Part shown: positions 43,495 to 53,508 of the stretch, one piece after another
How positions within the stretch are numbered: position 1 is the first letter of the stretch
Layout of the letters: every line of letters starts with the position of its first letter
Source: Methanotrichaceae archaeon
GTDB lineage: Archaea; Halobacteriota; Methanosarcinia; Methanotrichales; Methanotrichaceae
Length of the DNA: 64,000 nt
Reading direction: 5' to 3'
Assembly (NCBI GenBank): GCA_963813075.1
Contig: CAWEXU010000030.1
Location: 224,001-288,000, forward strand
Notes under the pieces: generated by a model
Told to the model about the DNA's origin: nothing
What the model saw: only the letters and a program-made list of their open reading frames with translations
Databases searched by the model: none
Program-made: the position numbers and the translations under genes

Positions 43495-44658
43495 ATGCGA
43501 ATTGGAATGCTCTCCTGGGAGAGCTTATACTCAATAAAAGTAGGTGGCGTTGCCCCCCATGTCTCAGAGCTATCGGAGGCTCTGGCCAGAAGGGGTCATG
43601 AGGTTCATGTTTTTACCCGCAGAGGTGACTTTGAGTCTTATGACAAGATAAACGGGGTGCACTACCAGCGGGCAGATGTCGATGAACATGGGGATATCCT
43701 CGACCAGATGAACCGGATGTGCGATGCGCTTTACCATCGTTTCGGGGCAGTGCAGCAGCTCTTCGGCAACTTCGATGTGGTGCACGGCCATGACTGGCAT
43801 CCTGTCCTCGCCCTGACACGGATAAAGAACGACTATCATCTGCCCTTCATCCTGACCATGCACAGCACTGAATGGGGGAGGAACGGGAATCACTTTGGAT
43901 ACGGCATATCGGAAGAGATTTCCCATCGAGAGTGGCTGGGCTGCTATGAAGCGGCGAAGGTGATTGTGACCACCAAAAGGATGCAGGACGAGCTGATGCA
44001 GATATACAGCCTGCCTATAGAGAAGCTCCCCATCATTCCGAACGGCATAATAGTGGGAAAGATGAGAAGGGGAGTGGATGCCGGCCGGATCAAGGAGAAG
44101 TACGGCATTCATCCCCTGGCACCGGTGGTGCTATTCTGCGGCAGGATGAGCATCCAGAAGGGTCCGGACCTCCTGGTGCAGGCTATCCCTGAGGTGTTGA
44201 GAAATAGGCCTGATGTCTGCTTCCTCTTCATCGGCGAGGGGGGCATGAGAGCGGAATGCGAGCAAAAGGCTCGCGATCTGGGCGTCGCCGGTTCCTGTCG
44301 GTTCCTGGGATACACCTCCAGCGCGGATAAGCAGATGCTGATCAATGCCTGCGATATGATGTGCGTTCCCTCTCGCAATGAGCCCTTTGGAGTGGTGGTC
44401 CTGGAGGCATGGGATGCCTGCAAGCCGGTGGTGGCCACAGATGCGGTGAGCATCGTCAACAACTTTCAGGATGGTCTTCTGGCTTATGTCCAGCCCGAGT
44501 CCATTGCCTGGTGCATAAACCGGATGATCAGCAATCCGAAGGAGATGAAACACCTGGCGCGGGCGGGCTGGGCCAGGATCGATAGCGAGTTTTCCTGGGA
44601 TCACATCGCTGAGAGTACAGAAGAGGTCTACGAGCAGGCAATTGAGCAAAGCCATTGA
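43495..44658 (+). CDS. GT4 glycosyltransferase (archaeal glycogen synthase-like)
   Basis: SWES..SIKVGGVA, HGHDWH, HSTEWGR and PSRNEPFGVVVLEA motifs. Confidence 0.9.
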   Translation: MRIGMLSWESLYSIKVGGVAPHVSELSEALARRGHEVHVFTRRGDFESYDKINGVHYQRADVDEHGDILDQMNRMCDALYHRFGAVQQLFGNFDVVHGHDWHPVLALTRIKNDYHLPFILTMHSTEWGRNGNHFGYGISEEISHREWLGCYEAAKVIVTTKRMQDELMQIYSLPIEKLPIIPNGIIVGKMRRGVDAGRIKEKYGIHPLAPVVLFCGRMSIQKGPDLLVQAIPEVLRNRPDVCFLFIGEGGMRAECEQKARDLGVAGSCRFLGYTSSADKQMLINACDMMCVPSRNEPFGVVVLEAWDACKPVVATDAVSIVNNFQDGLLAYVQPESIAWCINRMISNPKEMKHLARAGWARIDSEFSWDHIAESTEEVYEQAIEQSH

Positions 44659-44779
44659 GCAGAGCCGTCAAGGAGCCTGGTTTGCCCCCACCACCTCTTT
44701 GTGGAAAACTTTTTACCAGCTCCTCACCCCCTCTCTAGACCGAAAGGTTCATGAAGGGCGAGGGCAAGGGGCTCTTAGC

Positions 44780-44853
44780 GCCTCGATAGCTTAGCCCGGT
44801 ATAGCGCGTCCTTGGTAAGGACGAGGTCGCGGGTTCGAATCCCGTCCGAGGCT
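44780..44853 (+). tRNA. tRNA-Thr(GGT)
   Basis: Cloverleaf with anticodon arm CGTCC-TTGGTAA-GGACG and T arm GCGGG-TTCGAAT-CCCGT; no encoded CCA; T-rich tail. Confidence 0.95.
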
Positions 44854-44865
44854 TAATTTCTTTTT

Positions 44866-45000
44866 TCATCTATTCCAGGGATCGGAGGAGACGTCATCAT
44901 CTGTCTTCTCCTCCTGGTGGATTCGGCGGTTAAGAAATCTCCGGGCAAGCAAAGTGAAGGCCATCAGGCCGATGACCAACTTTAGGAGGCCTTTTATCAT
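44866..45000 (-). CDS. 44-aa single-TM small protein (below the ORF-track cutoff)
   Basis: AGGTGA RBS 7 nt before ATG; MIKGLLKLVIGLMAFTLLARRFLNRRIHQEEKTDDDVSSDPWNR. Confidence 0.6.
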   Translation of the reverse strand: MIKGLLKLVIGLMAFTLLARRFLNRRIHQEEKTDDDVSSDPWNR

Positions 45001-45132
45001 GATTATATCACCTGATAATAGTATTGGCCCTTGAAACTATAAAAATGCCTGGGTCTATATCCTATGCAAAAATATCCTCACCCAAAACTATTTCTCATCG
45101 CCGGGCATATTCCGGCCTCAGGTGGCATCATC

Positions 45133-45549
45133 ATGAAGATAGGAGCTATTCAGTTCTTGACGCTGTTATGTTTTATGGCCGTCTTGATGAATTGCAGCAC
45201 TGGAACATCGTTCGCGACGTCGGGCTTTGATATGAAGGGCACTATCACCCACGTCCTATCGCCAGCGAGCATTGTTGTGGGGAACGTCACTGTAAATCTG
45301 GATGGAATTAATTCCTCCGGGCTTTCGAGTTCTGCATACTTCCGTTTTATGGAGGACCTTAAGAGTTACTACATCGGAAAGGACGTTCTGGTGAAAGGAA
45401 ATTACGCATACTTTGATCTGCATGGATCATATAATTCAGAGAGCATAAACGAGATGATCCAAAGACAGATATCCGACCTGGAGGCGGCGGAAAGATACAG
45501 GATGCCTTATAACTACAGTCTTATCTCCACTCTTTACCGGAATAACTGA
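45133..45549 (+). CDS. Secreted protein, possibly a degenerate SNase/thermonuclease fold
   Basis: AGGTGG RBS before MKIGAIQFL (signal peptide); GTITHVLSPASI...VNLDGIN. Confidence 0.6.
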   Translation: MKIGAIQFLTLLCFMAVLMNCSTGTSFATSGFDMKGTITHVLSPASIVVGNVTVNLDGINSSGLSSSAYFRFMEDLKSYYIGKDVLVKGNYAYFDLHGSYNSESINEMIQRQISDLEAAERYRMPYNYSLISTLYRNN

Positions 45550-45674
45550 TTAGGCAGTTAATGATCGGGCTCAAGGCCAGAGGAAATCCACCCTTCTAGG
45601 GATAGCGAATGCTGGCTGAAGGACGGTCAGGAAAAAAGTATAAAGAGGGGCTATAGCCCACCGGAGAGCCTGCT

Positions 45675-46455
45675 CTAAGAGGAGAAATCCATTACATTCT
45701 CCGGGGCATCTACTTTCAAGTCCGCCGTTTCCGGGGCAGCCATTTCATTCAAATTCTGCTGATAGAAAATATTGGAGGGGTCGAGCTCGGCCGCCCTTTT
45801 GAAGCTATCGAGTGCCTCCACATTTCTATTCAGCTTCCTTAAGACCAGCCCCATATCGTTCCATGCCTCTGCATTCCCGGAGTCAAGCTCAATTGCCTTT
45901 TCCAGAGAGGCTCTGGATTCATTGTAGCTCTCGGTCAGCATGAGAACATGACCCAGGCGGTACCAGGCCCGACCCAGGTCCTCATCCAGATCAGTCGCCC
46001 TGCTATAGGCCTCAAGGGACTGGTTATATCTTCCGATTTTCTCGAGGATCATTCCCTTATTGTACCAGGTGTTGGCATTCAATGAGTCGATCTGCAGGGC
46101 GGTTTCCAGGGAAGCCAGTGCATCTTCATCCTGGTTTTTCGCTCCGGATAGGATGAGAGCGCGATCATTATAGGCCTGTGCATTGGAAGGGTCCAGGGCG
46201 ATGACCATATCAAAGCTTTCCAAGCGCCTCCTCGTATCTCTGCATCTTTATGAGGAGGTTGGCCCTGAAGTTCCAGCCCCAGGTGTCGCTCTGATTGATA
46301 TTCAGATATTGATCGATATCATCCAGGGCAAGGGAGTACGAGCCGTTGGAGTAATCGCTTTTCGTCTGGGCGATCCAGTATTCAGCATCCTGGCTCATGG
46401 CAACCGGGATGGCCAGCATCAGAATGGCAAGGAGAAGTGGAGCTATGGGCTTCAT
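45675..46455 (-). CDS. Secreted TPR protein, frameshifted near 46225
   Basis: Signal peptide; W.NKG..L...GRY...L..Y..A repeats. Confidence 0.85.
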
Positions 46456-46769
46456 GCTTCCAAATGTATTCGAATAAGTGGATATAGCTTGCGGTCGACA
46501 ATGCGATCTATATCATGTACCGGATTCTCGAGTGAGGCATGAGGCCTTGTCATGGGATTGTATGGAATTGTTTTGCATTGTCAAGATAAATCCACAGGCA
46601 TTTGGCTGCTCCACTCCAGAGCTTCGTCGCCGCTTACCAGCCATCAAAGCCCAGACCTCTGGCCACTGGCGAAGGCATCTTTGCCTCAGATTTCGCGACC
46701 GATTTTTTGAAGAGCAAGCCCTTTGCGGTTCCAGGCATGTGAATCTTGAGGATTTATCTCGATGGCGTG

Positions 46770-47520
46770 ATTGAACGCTGCAATCGCTTCATCATACCTG
46801 CCCATTCTGGTAGAGTGCTGTGCCCTTATTGACCCAGGCACAGAAAAATTTTGGATCAATTAACCAGGGCCTTATCATAGACTTTCAATGCATCAGCATG
46901 CCTTTCGAGGAGGAACAAATCCATTCCTTCACTATTCCATTCATTCCGGGCAAGTTTAAGGCTCTCATCTGCCTCTGTCGATGGCGACCAAGCATCCTGA
47001 GGGCCAGGCCTTTGCCGTGCAATACATCAGCATCTTCGGTTTGACTCTCGATCGCCTGATCATAAGCGTAAATGGCTTCATCGTATCTTCCCGGCATGCA
47101 AAGAGCGACAGGCCTTTTTGATGCCAGGCATCGTTTATGCCATTCGCTAGTCTCTGTGAATTTTTTGAAGTCCATCATGGCTTTATAGCATATCTGGGTA
47201 GCTTTTTATAAGCCACTGCGGCTTTATCGTTTATCTGGGTGTCTTTTCATAAGCCATAGTGGCTTTATCGTAAGCTGCAATGGCTTCATAATATTCATTT
47301 TTGGCATGCAGAGCCATTCCTTTGAGATACCAGGCATCGAGCAATTTGCGGATCAAAGCTTAGGCCCTATCAGCTGCTGCCATAGCTTGCATATTCAGCG
47401 CTTTGAGCCCGATGTCTTTATCATCCAGAGACCGGTTGATGCGGGTTTAGCTTGATAGCCCTATCGAAAGCTGTGATGAGATTCGTCCAATGCGGGATTC
47501 TGAATAAGCACTTATTCCAT
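46770..47520 (-). pseudogene. Degraded TPR gene remnant (ends approximate)
   Basis: Fragments DAWYLKGMAL, GRYDEAIYAYDQAI and AWVNKGTALY in shifting frames with stops. Confidence 0.7.
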
Positions 47521-48022
47521 TGATTGTGCCATTTCGTTTATACTCCTCTAATTCCGTGAATCTTTATCTATTTATAAAATATAAATAAAAATAAAATAAC
47601 ATCGATAAGAATCAGAAATCCTACGGATCAGAGAATTAATATATCTCCAGAGGTTATCGGAATTAATAAAGCGCTGCAAAGGATCAGGAATAACAGAATA
47701 AGCACTAATTCAACGACAGCTCGTTTCTGCACGTCAATGGCGCAATCAATATGATTGCATGTCTGGCAGAGCTCGGGTTCTTTTTTCCATTTCAGCCCAC
47801 AGTCGGTAACATATCTACAGGTCCAGAATCCCCGCCACCTACAGCACGATAAGTCCTGTATATCCTGGTCTTCCCGTCTGCCGAATAAAGCTTGACTACC
47901 ATAGCCGCTCCTGTTTATAAGAGTCCAAAGATCCTAATATATTTAATGCATTGGGAGATCAATGAGCGACAAGCGACACAGACTCTGGCCGAAAAAGTCT
48001 AAATATAAAATTGAAGGCCGGC

Positions 48023-48820
48023 TCAGAGGGTGACCTTCTCCGCCTCATCCGGGGTGTAGCCCTCGTGGACGACCTTGCACAGCCTTCTCACCAGGAGGAC
48101 AGGGTCCTCTGCCTGGAAGACATTGCGGCCGAAGGCCACTCCTGCTCCGCCCACCTGCACCGCATCGTAGACCATCTGCAACAGGTCCCTTTCGGTGTCC
48201 ATCCTCGGTCCGCCGGCGATGACCACAGGCACGCTGCAGCCTCTTACCACCTCCTGGAAGGTGTCGGGCGAGCCGGTGTAGTTCGTCTTGACTATATCCG
48301 CCCCCAGCTCCGAGCCTATCCGGGCAGCGAGCTTCACATGCTGCACATCATGCTCGGACTTCACCTTCGGCCCGCGAGGATACATCATGGCGATCAGAGG
48401 TATGCCCCATCGATCGCAGCTTCGTGCCACCTTCCCCAGGTCGTGCAGCATCTCCGCCTCATCCTCGGCGCCGACATTGACGTGGATGCTCACGGCATCC
48501 GCACCCACTCTGATGGCGTCCTCGACCTCCGTCACCAATACCTTGTGATTTGGGTCCGGGCCCAGAGAGCTTGATGCTGAGAGGTGGATGATCAATCCCA
48601 CATCCCTTCCATATCCCCGGTGGCCGTGCAAAGGCAGTCCCATATGTCCCAGGACGGCGTTAGCCCCGCCTTCTGCCACCTTGTCCACCGTAGCCGGCAT
48701 ATCTATCAATCCGGCTATTGGTCCCACGGAGATTCCGTGGTCCATGGGAATGATGACTGTCCTATGCGTCTTGCGATCCAGGATGCGCTCCAGCCGGATC
48801 GCCTTTCCGATCTTGCTCAT
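48023..48820 (-). CDS. aroA': 2-amino-3,7-dideoxy-D-threo-hept-6-ulosonate synthase (DhnA class I aldolase family)
   Basis: [25 protein letters not shown] and GRNVFQ motifs. Confidence 0.85.
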   Translation of the reverse strand: MSKIGKAIRLERILDRKTHRTVIIPMDHGISVGPIAGLIDMPATVDKVAEGGANAVLGHMGLPLHGHRGYGRDVGLIIHLSASSSLGPDPNHKVLVTEVEDAIRVGADAVSIHVNVGAEDEAEMLHDLGKVARSCDRWGIPLIAMMYPRGPKVKSEHDVQHVKLAARIGSELGADIVKTNYTGSPDTFQEVVRGCSVPVVIAGGPRMDTERDLLQMVYDAVQVGGAGVAFGRNVFQAEDPVLLVRRLCKVVHEGYTPDEAEKVTL

Positions 48821-48991
48821 GTGTTGAGGGACGTTTATTCTGAAATTAAAGATGATGGTCGGGACAGCAGACGGGATTCGAAATTATATAATCTGTGCGC
48901 CTAAAATAGGCAGAATTCGGGCTGGCGGAAGGGGATTATCAGAGTGCTTATGCTTATATATCTTTAGCTGTTCCAATAAATGGGGATTAAT

Positions 48992-49688
48992 ATGAAGTGG
49001 TCGGTTATCTTACTCAGTATTATGATCTGGGCCGCGCTCTTTTCCGCAGCGCAGGCAGAGACATACACCCTGACGGTCGAGGGCGAGGGGACACAGACCG
49101 TTCCTGCTGATATCGTCACCATCTCCGTCTCGGTGGCGAGCAGCGATGAAAATATGACCGTCGCCCAATCCGAGGTCGAAGAGAGAGATGGACCGGGTGA
49201 TAGTTGCCCTGAAGAAGGCAGGGATCAAGGATGAGGAAATCGTTCCCGGTCAGGGAAGCGGCATATCCAGCTTCCAGTCATCAAGCAAAGTCTGCAAGAC
49301 GGTGAATAACACCACTGTATGCGAGAATACCACCCAGAGCGCATCCACTCTGCAAAGGTCTGCCCTCATCCGCCTGCAGGCCAAGGACGAGTCCAGGATA
49401 AATAAGGCGCTGGATGCTGCCCGGTCTGAGGGGGCCAACGCTATTGTGATGGGATACAGCCTGAAGGACTCAAGCGCTGCCCTGACCGAGGCCCAAAAGA
49501 AAGCTCTGGCCAATGCCAGGGATAACGCAGAGGCATTGGCAGCAGAGGCGGGAGGAAGCCTGGGAAAGGCGCTGGACATCTTCACCTATCCCAATCTGGG
49601 CATAGATTATTCCTTTGCCGATTCTGGCGATGGCAGGATGATAGATATAAGCTCCCGGGTGATAGTAACCTATGAGTTTATTGTGTAA
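48992..49688 (+). CDS. SIMPL/DUF541 secreted protein 1, frameshifted near 49185
   Basis: Signal peptide; VEGEG...VPAD; A..NAR..AE.LA...G..LG. Confidence 0.8.
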
Positions 49689-49757
49689 GCATCGATCACA
49701 TTGCATCTAGGAAATCTATAAGAGACTTCAATGCTATCAGATAAGTGGGGTTAGTAT

Positions 49758-50460
49758 ATGAAAAAGATAGGTATTGTTTTAATGGGGATGCTGCTGATAT
49801 CATTGGCCATACCTCCTGTGGCGGCTGATGACGAGAGCAATATCTCCAAGCTGAGAGTAGATGGCGAGGGCAAGGTTACCGCCGCTCCGGATATGGCCAC
49901 GATCGTTCTGGGCGTGGAGAGCAGGAGCACAAAGGCTGCAGAAGCTGTGGAAGAGAATGCAAGACTGATGAACCAGACCATCAATGCTCTGCTGGAAGCG
50001 GGCATAATTGAGAGCCAGATGCAGACCAGCAGGTTCAGTCTGACCACCATGCCCCAGGATGAGCCCCTGACCGCTAAAGCCGAGCAGGAGCCACCGGTCT
50101 TCCTGGCCACCAACCAGGTCACAGTGAAGCTGGACGACACCGAGGGCGTGGGCCGGGTATTGGATGCCGCAGTGGGAGCGGGGTCAAACAGCATCCAGGA
50201 GGTCAGGTTCGACCTCAAGGATCCAACACCTCAGAACGATGAGGCCATGACTATTAGCCATCAAGGATGCCCAGAGGAAGGCTCAGGTTGCCGCCAGTGC
50301 TGCTGGACTGGAGCTGGGCAGGATCCTGGAGATGACTGTCGGCTACGGATATGTAGTGGAGGCATCAAGGAGCTATTCGTATGCAATGGCCGCCACCCCC
50401 ATCCAGCCAGGAGAGATGGAAGTGACTGCCAGCGTGAATCTGGTCTACGAGATCTCTTGA
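49758..50460 (+). CDS. SIMPL/DUF541 secreted protein 2, frameshifted near 50255
   Basis: V.GEG.V.AAPD.A; LDAAV.AG.N; PIQPGEMEVTASV in the shifted frame. Confidence 0.85.
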
Positions 50461-50537
50461 GATTGTAAACCTCAGGAGGCCTCATGCCTCTACTTTTTAT
50501 CTAGATTTTTTTATTTTATATCCTGTCGTTCACTAAA

Positions 50538-51047
50538 TCAGATATACATCGGCTCAGGCGGCTTTGAGGTCTTTGCTGGCGAGCCCTCGCCAAACATCTC
50601 CTGGAACTTCCAGACCACATAAAGCTCGCACTTCAAGTTCTCTCTTATCGCCTCCATAAGCCGGTCCTTGGTCAGGCCGTCGTAGTAGATCTCGCGGGTG
50701 AAACGAATGCTCCGCATATCCGCTCCCGCCGGCTCTATCTCGAAGCTGGACTGGCGGAACAGCAGGTCATAGCGCATCTGCCACATGAGCCTCTCCTTTT
50801 GCTGGGGCGGGAGGGCCTGGATGGCCTTTTGGTGAACCTCGGCCAGCATTATCCGGCTGAAGAGCACAATCATATCCTCGCGGCCCTGGGGCTGAATGAT
50901 GCTCAGGTGTCTGCCGGACCGGGCGGGGTATTCGGCTGCGATCTGAAAATAAAGGCCCTCGCCTTCCAGCTCCTCTTTGAATAGATTTTCCTGCACGAGC
51001 CAGGTCTTGATTTTATCTCGAACATCGGCTGCATTTGGGGTGATCAT
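50538..51047 (-). CDS. DUF2299-like conserved archaeal protein
   Basis: IKTWLVQE...IYYDGLTKD.LM pattern. Confidence 0.7.
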   Translation of the reverse strand: MITPNAADVRDKIKTWLVQENLFKEELEGEGLYFQIAAEYPARSGRHLSIIQPQGREDMIVLFSRIMLAEVHQKAIQALPPQQKERLMWQMRYDLLFRQSSFEIEPAGADMRSIRFTREIYYDGLTKDRLMEAIRENLKCELYVVWKFQEMFGEGSPAKTSKPPEPMYI

Positions 51048-51094
51048 TGCCAGCTCTCAACTCCTAAGAAAAAAAAGATAAAAATGCCGTCCAA

Positions 51095-51985
51095 TTACTC
51101 CAGCACACGATGCAGCTGGAAATGATGGATTCCCAGCTTCCCATCATAGTTGGCGGCAGTTATCTTCAGAATGCCGGGCACTTGACAGGCGGCATGAATT
51201 CCCGCCCGCATGGCATTCTCTATGGCCTCCCGGTCAACGCCATTGATCACTATCTCAAAGACGCAGGAGACATCCTCAGCCAGAGTGCAGACGCCGTCCT
51301 CCCGGAGAGAGGTGCAGAAGGCGGAGTTGGTAGAGGCCTTCAGGAACTTGTATTTTGAGCCCACCTTCGATCCGCTGGAGACAACTCCTCCCGGGAAGGG
51401 GGTGATAGCGCCTTCGACCTTGCGAATGGAGTCTATCGCCGCCTCGGCTGCCGTCAGGCCGGACATCTGGTTCTGGCCCATGATCAGGAAGTTGCCCCCG
51501 GCAATTCCTTCCTTCGCTCCAAAGCTGTTCTCGATGGCAAAGTCCCCGGACATGAGAGGTATCTTCCAGATATTCCGGCCAAACATCTCCTCTGCCTTCT
51601 GGTAGCCATCGCCAAAGAAGCTCAATTTTTTGCCGGTATCAAACTGCGTTTCTGCATCATGCATACCGCTGTAAGCCGCGGCTGTGGGAGCGGTGAGCAC
51701 GCACTGGCCCAGCCTCATGAGCAAGGAATTCTCCAGGTTTTTGTAGCCCATATTGCATATCAGAATGTTCACTCCCGGCCGGCCGTCAACGGTCTCTCTC
51801 CCGTCCACAAAGCACTCTATCCCCGCCTCAGCAGGGCATCCAATCACCGAGGTTCCAAACCCCGTGGCTTCCCTCGCCGCTTCGGTAGCCCATCTCTCAG
51901 TCACGGCGGTGATTTGCACCCTTGCCATCTTAATGGGAAAAGCCTCAGCAAAGGTATCATCTATTTGCACACCATTGATCTCCAT
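51095..51985 (-). CDS. ftr: Formylmethanofuran-H4MPT formyltransferase
   Basis: MEINGV.IDDTFAEAF, GQCVLTAPT, FFGDG and PFPGG.V.SGSK motifs. Confidence 0.97.
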   Translation of the reverse strand: MEINGVQIDDTFAEAFPIKMARVQITAVTERWATEAAREATGFGTSVIGCPAEAGIECFVDGRETVDGRPGVNILICNMGYKNLENSLLMRLGQCVLTAPTAAAYSGMHDAETQFDTGKKLSFFGDGYQKAEEMFGRNIWKIPLMSGDFAIENSFGAKEGIAGGNFLIMGQNQMSGLTAAEAAIDSIRKVEGAITPFPGGVVSSGSKVGSKYKFLKASTNSAFCTSLREDGVCTLAEDVSCVFEIVINGVDREAIENAMRAGIHAACQVPGILKITAANYDGKLGIHHFQLHRVLE

Positions 51986-52008
51986 AAGTCACACCTCAAA
52001 ACAAAAAT

Positions 52009-52617
52009 TCAAGGATTATATGCCGCGAGAATAAATCCCCCATTACCCGAAGCTGATTTAGCCACGGCAGCAGCTGCGCAGACCGGCCTCTCAAAGGAGA
52101 GATCATAGGCTTTGCGAGCGATATCGGCGGCATCTTCGCCCGAGATCGAGAGCGCCTCGAAATCGGTCTTCTCATATGTCGCCACCATTAGGGCTCTATC
52201 CTCATCCAACTGGAACTGCTTCACCCGGAGCTCGTCCTTGCTGGCGATCCCCAGCCAGGCCCGGTTCCCGCGCACAGCTCCGGCGATGCGGGGGGTGTCC
52301 AGCTCATCTCTCTCGTGGCCGAAAGCGAGAAGGCTCAGGGCCATGGCATCCCCCGGACTCTGCCCGTCCTCGATCCTCTCGGTGATCATATCGGTGTGGG
52401 TGCCATTGGAGACCACTGCCACGTCATCCATCACTCGTATGCAGTTATAGGAGATGTAAGGATTCCGTGCCAGGTCCGCAGGATCTAAAGGCAATACTGA
52501 TATCGATTTCTCATGGACCTCTGCCCTCCGGTTGGGAAAAGAGCGGGAGGAGACTCTGTAAGCCACAAAGCTCCTTCCCCGGGCACGGCCCGCGACCACG
52601 ATCCGGCCTACGTACAT
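52009..52617 (-). CDS. purO: Archaeal IMP cyclohydrolase
   Basis: MYVGR, YRVSSRSFPNR, NG.HTD and DTPRIAG motifs. Confidence 0.95.
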   Translation of the reverse strand: MYVGRIVVAGRARGRSFVAYRVSSRSFPNRRAEVHEKSISVLPLDPADLARNPYISYNCIRVMDDVAVVSNGTHTDMITERIEDGQSPGDAMALSLLAFGHERDELDTPRIAGAVRGNRAWLGIASKDELRVKQFQLDEDRALMVATYEKTDFEALSISGEDAADIARKAYDLSFERPVCAAAAVAKSASGNGGFILAAYNP

Positions 52618-52619
52618 GT

Positions 52620-53495
52620 TCAGTCAACCAGATTGTACCTGGCGATGTTTTTGTCTGCCAGAGCCTTGATGTATTTCAGCATATCTGCGCCACCCGGCTT
52701 CTTGAACAGGTGCTTGTAGCGGCCCTGCTGACTGAGATACTCCTCGACCGGCTTGGGCCGGCGGATCTTCTTCACTCCCACCAGCTCTCCATTGACATAC
52801 TCGGTGAGGGGCCACAGGCCTGTTTCCACGGCCAGACGAGCAAGCTCGATCATGGTTCCGGCATCGAATGTCCAGCCGGTGATGCAGGGAGCATTGACCT
52901 GAATATATGATGGTCCATTGACCTTCAGGGCCTCCTTGACCTTCCTTCTCAGGTCCACCGGATAGGCCACGGAGGCGGTAGCCACATAGGGCACACCATG
53001 AGCCAGGGCGATGCCCGGCATATCCTTCTTGGGCCGGGGATTGCCCATCGATTCCGATCCAGAGGGAGTGGTGGTGGTGTGCACGCAGAAGGGGGTAGAG
53101 CCGCTGCGCTGCACTCCGGTGTTCATGTAGGCCTCGTTGTCATAACAGACATAAAGCACCTTATGGCCGCGCTCGAACATGCCGGAGTTTGAGCCCATGC
53201 CGATATCGAATGTGCTCCCGTCTCCTCCAATCACCACAACATTGGTATCCTGACCCCGTCGCTTGAGCATGACCTCCACTCCGGAGGCTACAGCTGCGGC
53301 ATTCTCAAACAGGGAGTGAACCCAGGGAACGCACCATGCGCTCTCCGGGAAGGGGGTGGTGACAACCTCCAGGCAGCCGGTGGGCGAGACCACTATGGTG
53401 TTCGGCCCAGCAGCATCTAAGACCAGCCTGATGGTGGTGGGCATGGCGCACCCTGCACAGGCCCTGTGGCCCGGTGCCAGCAAAGATCTTTCCAT
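52620..53495 (-). CDS. porB: Pyruvate:ferredoxin oxidoreductase beta subunit
   Basis: GHRACAGC, GGDG and DNEAYMNTG.QRS motifs. Confidence 0.93.
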   Translation of the reverse strand: MERSLLAPGHRACAGCAMPTTIRLVLDAAGPNTIVVSPTGCLEVVTTPFPESAWCVPWVHSLFENAAAVASGVEVMLKRRGQDTNVVVIGGDGSTFDIGMGSNSGMFERGHKVLYVCYDNEAYMNTGVQRSGSTPFCVHTTTTPSGSESMGNPRPKKDMPGIALAHGVPYVATASVAYPVDLRRKVKEALKVNGPSYIQVNAPCITGWTFDAGTMIELARLAVETGLWPLTEYVNGELVGVKKIRRPKPVEEYLSQQGRYKHLFKKPGGADMLKYIKALADKNIARYNLVD

Positions 53496-53508
53496 TTTTC
53501 CTAGCCTC

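Noticed and set aside
47179..47275. Repeat considered as a mini-CRISPR array
   Set aside because: Units are degenerate along their whole length, lack unique spacers, derive from TPR codons, and no cas genes are present
47630..47902. Cys-rich minus-strand frame (CCRWRGFWTC...CQTCNHIDC) near an ATG at 47902
   Set aside because: The Cys-rich frame has no in-frame start and the ATG frame stops after 36 codons; it would need an unverified frameshift
44854..48000. Possible integrated element at tRNA-Thr
   Set aside because: No integrase and no repeat of the tRNA 3' end found; only a variable islet can be supported
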